From a virus (Duplodnaviria > Caudoviricetes), in the IMG/VR virus record IMGVR_UViG_3300028048_003120, positions 1,121 to 65,120 of that record: a stretch of DNA of 64,000 nt, one strand, 5' to 3'. Positions 61,189-64,000 of this stretch are shown here, piece by piece. The position numbers and the translations under genes are program-made. Below the pieces are notes generated by a model. The model saw nothing but the letters and a program-made list of their open reading frames with translations. It had not been told where the DNA came from and searched no databases. How positions within the stretch are numbered: position 1 is the stretch's first letter; each line of letters starts with the position of its first letter.

Positions 61189-64000
61189 GGGAATCTCCCG
61201 CGCCATGTCCGACATGGGCGTGGCCGACGGAGGGCTGGCGGAGTGCGCGAATATGTTCCTCGATCGCGGGGAGCTTGCGCCCATCGTGCCGCCGAAGGTC
61301 ATAACCGACCTCCCTACGAACATATCCTACGACCTGCTATATATCCACAAGTCGCCCGGATTCACCGGGGCGCACTACATCGCCCTGTACTCCGGCAGCA
61401 TCTACTACGTAGGCGACGACTTCGCCGTGAACATGCTCGGCACCGGCGGCGCGCTCGACAACGGGGAGACGATAAACGACATAAAGGGCGTAGGGAATAC
61501 GCTCATCGTGGCCACCTCAACGAGGATGCGGTATTTCCTTTGGACCACAAACACCGTCAGCTCTGGGGCGTACAAGTATCTCGGAAGCAAAATTCCCAGC
61601 ATTGACATCAAAGCCTCAACGGAGTATATCGACCCCGTTCCACGCAGGCCGGAGGCAAATCCGACCGTGACGGCCAACATCGTCGAGATTGTGGCCGGGT
61701 CGCTGGGCGTGACCAATGACAAGGCGAAGGTTATCCTTGCAACCTGCTTCGAGGAGGCCAACCACCAGCGTATCACGTACCCGGACGAGGAGGATTATTC
61801 CAAAATCAAAGCCTGCTACATTTCTGAAAACGTGATCCATATCGGTAACGACGATGACGACCCCGAGGAGATATACTACGTGGACGAGATAATGAGCATC
61901 ATTTCGCGCTCCATCTGGGCCTCCATCGCCTCGTCAATCGGCAGCGCGCACAGTGGGTCCATGCTGGAGCAGCCCGTCCTCCTTCGCTGCGCAATCCGTC
62001 TCTACGACGGAAGCTATATCAACCATACTGTCCCTATCCTGCTTGGGGCCGATACGTACACATCGTTCATCCTTTCCGGCAATGCTAATTACCGAAAGAG
62101 GCCCATCAGTTCTGACTGGATGAGCTGGATTCACAACAACGTGCTTCCTTTCATCGGCGATTCCACCGATGTCTTGTACCCGGAATCGGTCAGCGCAGAA
62201 ATGTGCAAGCGGTACAAGATATATCTGCAGCTCATGAATCCAGCCGCCATCATGGAATGGAGCGATATTGTCAAGGGTATCGACATCTTCCTTTCGGAGC
62301 CTATCTACTTGACGAAATACGGTGCCCGCATCCGTCAGATTGACAAGACCGAAACCACCAGCACCAGCGGTTCCAATGTCACGATTACAACTGTAACGTG
62401 CAACATTACCTACGAGACTACGACGGGCGACGAGAAAAACGATTCCCTGATTGCCAAGAGCAACTTCTACCGCGTAAGGCAGCTCGATGTCTCCGAACTC
62501 ACGGACTCGCAGTTCCAATTGGACGAACTCTCGAACAAACTCGGCGACAAACTTGTAACGCAGGTATCGCTGCCGGACGACTACCGCAGCAACCACGAGA
62601 TTTGGCCGGAGAAGATGTATGAGATGAACAACCGCCTCAACATTCTCAATATCCATACGCGCTACTTCCTGGGTCCCGCTTATCCGGCCTCCACGCTGCC
62701 GACACCCGTCAGCGGGAAGACCGTCGCGGTCCGCTATTATATAAGAGGTGAAGGGGGACGGCAGATTGTCACGTATCGGAACTATGGCAACAACCATCCC
62801 GGCGCATGGCTGGTCTATCCTGATTCGCGCTGCTATCAAGCCGATGTCTATATCACGACGACCAGCGACAGTTCGGTCACGAAGATTACGATTCCCATGA
62901 AAGAACACCCTCTGCTGAACTGCGCGTATTCCTTCCTCGGATTCGGAATCGACGACCTTTCCGGCTATGCTGGCGTTTCCGTGGATGCAGTCGTGACGAC
63001 GACGCAGCTGCTCGACCATGCGTACAACAAGATATTCCAGTCGGAGGTTGACAATCCGTTCTTCTTCCCGCTGGCTGGACGGCACACGGTTGCTGGCGGC
63101 AGAATCCTTGGCGTGGCCTCAACGACAAAGGCGCTCTCGCAGGGACAGTTCGGACAGTTCCCGCTCTACGTGTTCTGCTCGGAGGGAATCTGGGTTATGG
63201 AGACCGACGCAGCCGGGGAGTTCATGAGCATAAAGCCCGTTGACCGCGTGGTCTGCAACAACCCCAATTCGATTACGGGCATTGACGGAGCCATCGTGTT
63301 TACCTCCGAGCGCGGCCTCATGATTATCGCCGGAAGCGATGTCCGCTGCCTCTCGGAAGACATGATTGGGAAGCACTTCCGTGCAGACAGTCTCGCGGCG
63401 ATTGAGGAAATCGCGGCCACGCATTTCGGCAGCACCCTGCCGGGCGATGTCTCGGACGACCTCTCCTTCGTGGACTACGCAGCCGGCTGCTTCATCGGTT
63501 ACGACTTCGCCAATTCCCGTCTGATCCTCGTGAATCCGTCCTGCCCGTATCAGTACGTGTACGCAATCAAGGACGGAACCTGGCACAAGATGTGTTTCGG
63601 CCTCACGTTCAAGAAAGCCCTCAACTCCTACCCGGAACTGTATATGCAGTGCGAGAGCAACGACGGTGATGCGGTGTACGACTTCTCCATCATGGATGAT
63701 GTGAACGACTTCACGACGCGCACCTTCGGGGTTGTCATAACGCGGGCGCTGGACTTCGACCAGCCGTATATCTTGAAAACGATTCTCGCAATGAAGCATC
63801 GGGGCGACTTCGACAAGGAATACGTTGGTATGCTGCTCTACGGCTCCAGGGACGGAATAAACTACATACCCGTCCACTCGCTGAAGGGCAAGTCGTTCAA
63901 GTTCTACCGAGTCGCGCTGCTGGCGAAACTCCTGCCCACGGAGCGCATCGACCGCACGACGGTCGAAGTTGTGGATAAGTTCACGAACAAGTTGCGGTAG
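61166..64000 (+). CDS. Tail tubular / muzzle-like (P22 gp10-type) structural protein
   Basis: 944 aa, beta-propeller-like; QSEVDNPFFFP...ALSQGQFGQFPLYVFCSEGIW...VCNNPNSIT patterns typical of Bacteroidetes podophage tail stabilisation proteins. Confidence 0.72.
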   Translation: MQKEIKYRGISRAMSDMGVADGGLAECANMFLDRGELAPIVPPKVITDLPTNISYDLLYIHKSPGFTGAHYIALYSGSIYYVGDDFAVNMLGTGGALDNGETINDIKGVGNTLIVATSTRMRYFLWTTNTVSSGAYKYLGSKIPSIDIKASTEYIDPVPRRPEANPTVTANIVEIVAGSLGVTNDKAKVILATCFEEANHQRITYPDEEDYSKIKACYISENVIHIGNDDDDPEEIYYVDEIMSIISRSIWASIASSIGSAHSGSMLEQPVLLRCAIRLYDGSYINHTVPILLGADTYTSFILSGNANYRKRPISSDWMSWIHNNVLPFIGDSTDVLYPESVSAEMCKRYKIYLQLMNPAAIMEWSDIVKGIDIFLSEPIYLTKYGARIRQIDKTETTSTSGSNVTITTVTCNITYETTTGDEKNDSLIAKSNFYRVRQLDVSELTDSQFQLDELSNKLGDKLVTQVSLPDDYRSNHEIWPEKMYEMNNRLNILNIHTRYFLGPAYPASTLPTPVSGKTVAVRYYIRGEGGRQIVTYRNYGNNHPGAWLVYPDSRCYQADVYITTTSDSSVTKITIPMKEHPLLNCAYSFLGFGIDDLSGYAGVSVDAVVTTTQLLDHAYNKIFQSEVDNPFFFPLAGRHTVAGGRILGVASTTKALSQGQFGQFPLYVFCSEGIWVMETDAAGEFMSIKPVDRVVCNNPNSITGIDGAIVFTSERGLMIIAGSDVRCLSEDMIGKHFRADSLAAIEEIAATHFGSTLPGDVSDDLSFVDYAAGCFIGYDFANSRLILVNPSCPYQYVYAIKDGTWHKMCFGLTFKKALNSYPELYMQCESNDGDAVYDFSIMDDVNDFTTRTFGVVITRALDFDQPYILKTILAMKHRGDFDKEYVGMLLYGSRDGINYIPVHSLKGKSFKFYRVALLAKLLPTERIDRTTVEVVDKFTNKLR

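Noticed and set aside
1-64000. tRNA, rRNA, IS/transposase or a third DGR variable repeat
   Set aside because: None recognised by eye. tRNAscan-SE and a BLASTN of the TR and hairpin loop would be needed to exclude them formally.

Overview
This window is most of a temperate, podovirus-type Bacteroidales phage or prophage genome. From left to right: the 3' end of a probable tyrosine integrase; then a long minus-strand late region with three paralogous neck/ring-like genes, a lysis cassette (spanin-like protein, amidase, holin-like protein), a complete diversity-generating retroelement (DGR: RT, template repeat, avd and a C-type-lectin-fold target gene), tail fibres, a head-tail adaptor, the major capsid protein and scaffold. 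A plus-strand block follows (putative regulator, rhomboid protease, terminase large subunit), then the portal, a 5,628-aa DarB-like polyvalent ejection protein and two smaller ejection proteins. After a repressor/Cro-type switch comes a plus-strand early region: YopX, Xis-like, RecE/RecT, SSB, replication initiator with iterons, DnaC-like ATPase, C5 methyltransferase, SPFH protein, RuvC-like resolvase and a tail muzzle-like gene. Main observations read directly from the sequence: (1) The DGR diversifies two genes. One is the adjacent virion adhesin (21/21 mismatches at TR adenines). The other is a small stand-alone lectin-fold gene about 51 kb away on the opposite strand in the early region (18/18 mismatches at adenines). 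Both variable repeats are followed by hairpins with different stems but an identical 16-nt loop. (2) Two small overprinted ORFs lie in the +1 frame inside the giant protein gene, ending at recurring domain-junction motifs. (3) The C5 methyltransferase has a nested alternative-frame subunit and is broken by a poly-G tract, in a cluster of three poly-G tracts. (4) A six-copy GATAGACAA motif sits 18-19 nt upstream of Bacteroidetes -7-like boxes in front of structural genes. All alignments and counts were done by eye; family names come from motif recognition, not database searches.
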